From an uncultured virus (IMG/VR IMGVR_UViG_3300032156_000006) (lineage: Duplodnaviria > Heunggongvirae > Uroviricota > Caudoviricetes), in IMG/VR virus record IMGVR_UViG_3300032156_000006: a stretch of 64,000 nucleotides of DNA; one strand, given 5' to 3'. Positions 61,265 to 64,000 of the stretch are shown here, piece after piece. The translations under genes and the position numbers were made by a program. The notes beneath the pieces are model-generated. The model was not told the DNA's origin. It was given only the letters and a program-made list of their open reading frames with translations, and searched no databases. Numbering within the stretch: the first letter of the stretch is position 1; each line of letters begins with the position of its first letter.

Positions 61265-63838
61265 TCACCCTGTTTGATTTATTTTATAAATTCTGCTGAA
61301 GTTCAGCGTCAGATTTGTTGTATTCAAACAATTTACATATAACCATACATATGCTGTCGCATTGGTACTATTGAGGTTCAAAATAATATTAACAGGAGTT
61401 GTAGTGATGTTTGTCGAATCTGTGGCATTGCCATTCGCGATGGCAGCCGTGTTGTTCCATTTTAATCTGGAAAAAATGGATGTTCCGTTTACTGTTTCAT
61501 TTGTGGCCAAGCTGTAGTTGTGAAGTACGGATGTATTGAGGTTCCTAAACTTGAATATGCCTATACCTGCTGTTTGCCCCCACGGAGTGATGCCGTTAAA
61601 TGTTGGAAACGGGCAAAGGAAACGAACTTCGGTTACACCCCAAGGCAAGTCTACTGTGAATTCTCCATATGTGAAATTTCCAGTTGATGAATTTGTTGGT
61701 TGATAATTCGGTTTCCAACCTATGCATGACCAATTTGACGTACCGCCACCCGGTGCTGATACTTGATGATACCAATACAACTGGCTAGAAATGACAAACG
61801 TTGTCGAATAATTCACTCCGTTGATATTTACATAAACCGGTGCATTATAAACAGATACATTATGGGTAGCATTTAGAACACGCGTGAAATTACAATAGAA
61901 ATCCATTATACTTGATGTAACATTTTCAGTGGATGGGACACGATAGCCCGAAGCAGAGGTATTTGTTGGCGTTGCATTGACATAGACGTACCTCCAACTG
62001 GTGTACATTCCATTATACTGATAACACCCGCGGTAATAGACATACCCTGTGAGCCTATTGAGAGAGACCGAAATGTTGCTTATGTTTGCGCCAGTATATG
62101 TCCACGGAGTAACTACGTAAATTCCTTCCGCGGGAAACCAAGATTTGTTGTCTACGGAAACTTGAATCGTCGTATTGTATGAAGCATCAGGCACACTCCA
62201 AGTTAGAGTCAAATTTGGAACTGTAGGAAGAGAAAGATTATTTGTAGGATATGTAAAACTAAGTGTATACAAAGGGGGTCCTTGTGGAGTGGCATCTTGA
62301 GTAATTGTTGCTCCAGATAGGAAATATAACGAAAGATCGTCTGCGCTTGCATTCCACGCGTAGTGAACAACATGATTTGTTGTTGAACCTACAGAACCTG
62401 GATTTGATGATGGATCTGTACCTGTGTCACATCTGATGGGGCTTCCGGTGCCACCGGCTCCACCAGTATTTGTTATAGTTGCAGCCATAGCTGTCATATT
62501 GTTATGTGTGTGTACTGAACCATAGGCGGTCCCTCCATTCCCTCCTTTATATGTACCGGTTCCGCTACCAAATACATATCTACCTGGTGCAGCACCTCCT
62601 GTTCCTCCTTGTATTACCCATGCGATGCCGTTTGTAATTGCTTTTATATTTATATTTGAAGTAAGAGCTGCGCCACCGGTCCCTCCACACTGGCTGTATC
62701 CATAGCATGTCGTATTTACTGGACCGGCGCCTCCTGTACCGCCCTTCATGTAAACTAAGCCACCGGTAAAGAAGAATCTTCCTCCAGATAGTGCTATTCC
62801 CCCAGACGTTCCACCTGCAGAAGCTTGTCTGCGATAAGGACTACATGTAGTTTCAGTATCAGCTTGTTTCGTTCCATTGCCACCAGTTACATTGATTATT
62901 CCCCCTGCTTGTCTCCAACTATCATAAGCAGTTATCGATATTGTTCCCGCATCGCCTCCCCACCATCCAAAATCTTCACCTGCATATGCAAATTTCCCAG
63001 GATTTCCTCCGAGAGAGAGAATCGAGCCGGTATTAGATCCGTTTTGTACTATTATAGATAATGTCGATGTCGAACCGCCATTGGCACTAGATGTTGTCGA
63101 TGTACATGAATTGTTTCCTAGTCCACCTCGCTCCATTATAGTTCCAGTGTTCGAAAGTTCACGTGCATGTATAGAAAGTGAACCTGAGGCGCCTCCAATG
63201 CAATTGGTACTGCTAACACTGCCACCTCCAATAGCGAGAACAGTTCCAGAATTGTTAAAAAAGTTGTCTGCCTCCAGAATCAGACCAATACCAGCGTTGC
63301 TACTTACATCCATGGGTGCAGTCAGCGTTTGCCCACTGTTTATTATAATATTTAAGTATCTTGATGTTGGAGCAGAACTTGCTGCTGCATACGCTTGACT
63401 TGAAGAAACCGTGCAAACGTCAGTATCGTTGCAACCAGGAATGGGAGTTGTAACTGTGAATGTCTTTGTCAAGGTTGCAAAATTTCCTACAGTATCTGTT
63501 ACTTGAATGCTACAATTAATTGTTCCTTCAGCGTTTGGCGTAATGGTCGTATTAGTGCGCCAGGCTTGTTTATCAGTATCCTGAATCGCACTTTGGTTAA
63601 ATGCAACCCCCGGAGCAGTCACAATCCATTTTGCAAGGAAAATTGACTTGTTGTCAGGCGGATAAACGTCGGCATAACAGCGATATGCCTTATTGATTTT
63701 AGGATAATTGATACTAGCGTTAGTTGAAGAATTTTTTAGATAAATCGAATGAACTTCTAGGGTAGTTTGGTTTAAATTAGCTGCCCAGCTAGTTGCTAGA
63801 AGAGCAAACATTATGATTGCAACAATCAAGTTTTTCAT
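61265..63838 (-). CDS. large Gly-rich adhesin/fibre-like protein with a signal peptide
   Basis: MKNLIVAIIMFALLATSWAA signal peptide; GGxGG repeats; Ig-like segments; many N-x-S/T sequons. Confidence 0.65.
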   Translation of the reverse strand: MKNLIVAIIMFALLATSWAANLNQTTLEVHSIYLKNSSTNASINYPKINKAYRCYADVYPPDNKSIFLAKWIVTAPGVAFNQSAIQDTDKQAWRTNTTITPNAEGTINCSIQVTDTVGNFATLTKTFTVTTPIPGCNDTDVCTVSSSQAYAAASSAPTSRYLNIIINSGQTLTAPMDVSSNAGIGLILEADNFFNNSGTVLAIGGGSVSSTNCIGGASGSLSIHARELSNTGTIMERGGLGNNSCTSTTSSANGGSTSTLSIIVQNGSNTGSILSLGGNPGKFAYAGEDFGWWGGDAGTISITAYDSWRQAGGIINVTGGNGTKQADTETTCSPYRRQASAGGTSGGIALSGGRFFFTGGLVYMKGGTGGAGPVNTTCYGYSQCGGTGGAALTSNINIKAITNGIAWVIQGGTGGAAPGRYVFGSGTGTYKGGNGGTAYGSVHTHNNMTAMAATITNTGGAGGTGSPIRCDTGTDPSSNPGSVGSTTNHVVHYAWNASADDLSLYFLSGATITQDATPQGPPLYTLSFTYPTNNLSLPTVPNLTLTWSVPDASYNTTIQVSVDNKSWFPAEGIYVVTPWTYTGANISNISVSLNRLTGYVYYRGCYQYNGMYTSWRYVYVNATPTNTSASGYRVPSTENVTSSIMDFYCNFTRVLNATHNVSVYNAPVYVNINGVNYSTTFVISSQLYWYHQVSAPGGGTSNWSCIGWKPNYQPTNSSTGNFTYGEFTVDLPWGVTEVRFLCPFPTFNGITPWGQTAGIGIFKFRNLNTSVLHNYSLATNETVNGTSIFSRLKWNNTAAIANGNATDSTNITTTPVNIILNLNSTNATAYVWLYVNCLNTTNLTLNFSRIYKINQTG

Positions 63839-64000
63839 GCAGTATCCCCAACCTTTATTTCTGCCCACACAAGATAGTGATCTGAAATGGATGGAATTAT
63901 TCCTTCTTTGAAAATTCCATGATGGATATATTCATTTTTCATGTCATCATTGAGTATAATTCTATCATAAGCACAGGAACTCGAGGCAACAGTTGTATCT

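Overview
This window is most of a large head-tail (terminase-encoding) archaeal virus genome, or a provirus. Evidence: TerL/TerS, MCM-like helicase, PCNA, TATA-box promoters and GGTGA Shine-Dalgarno sites. A DPANN-type host is a guess. Layout: minus-strand packaging and putative head-associated genes (1-8.3 kb); divergent blocks of small early genes (8.4-28.4 kb) hit by four IS200/IS605 elements whose ends can be read from the sequence; a mirror-symmetric origin-like region (29.55-29.95 kb); an accessory region (30-45 kb); a replication/recombination operon (45-58 kb); and lysis/tail genes (58.5-64 kb). Best candidate for an undescribed system: a coiled-coil DIP1984/DUF6847-like gene followed by a ~280-nt structured RNA that contains a permuted tRNA mimic and a 7-8-nt periodic AC-rich tract (30.9-31.7 kb). 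Also notable: an orphan DGR-type variable region, two apparent host-DNA captures (hisS+trx; AAA-wHTH fragment+tRNA half), a covarying hairpin with an 11-nt loop before four early genes, a peptide motif shared by the genes after TerL, and a 49-bp single-hairpin IS derivative. Family names come from motif recognition by eye, not from database searches.
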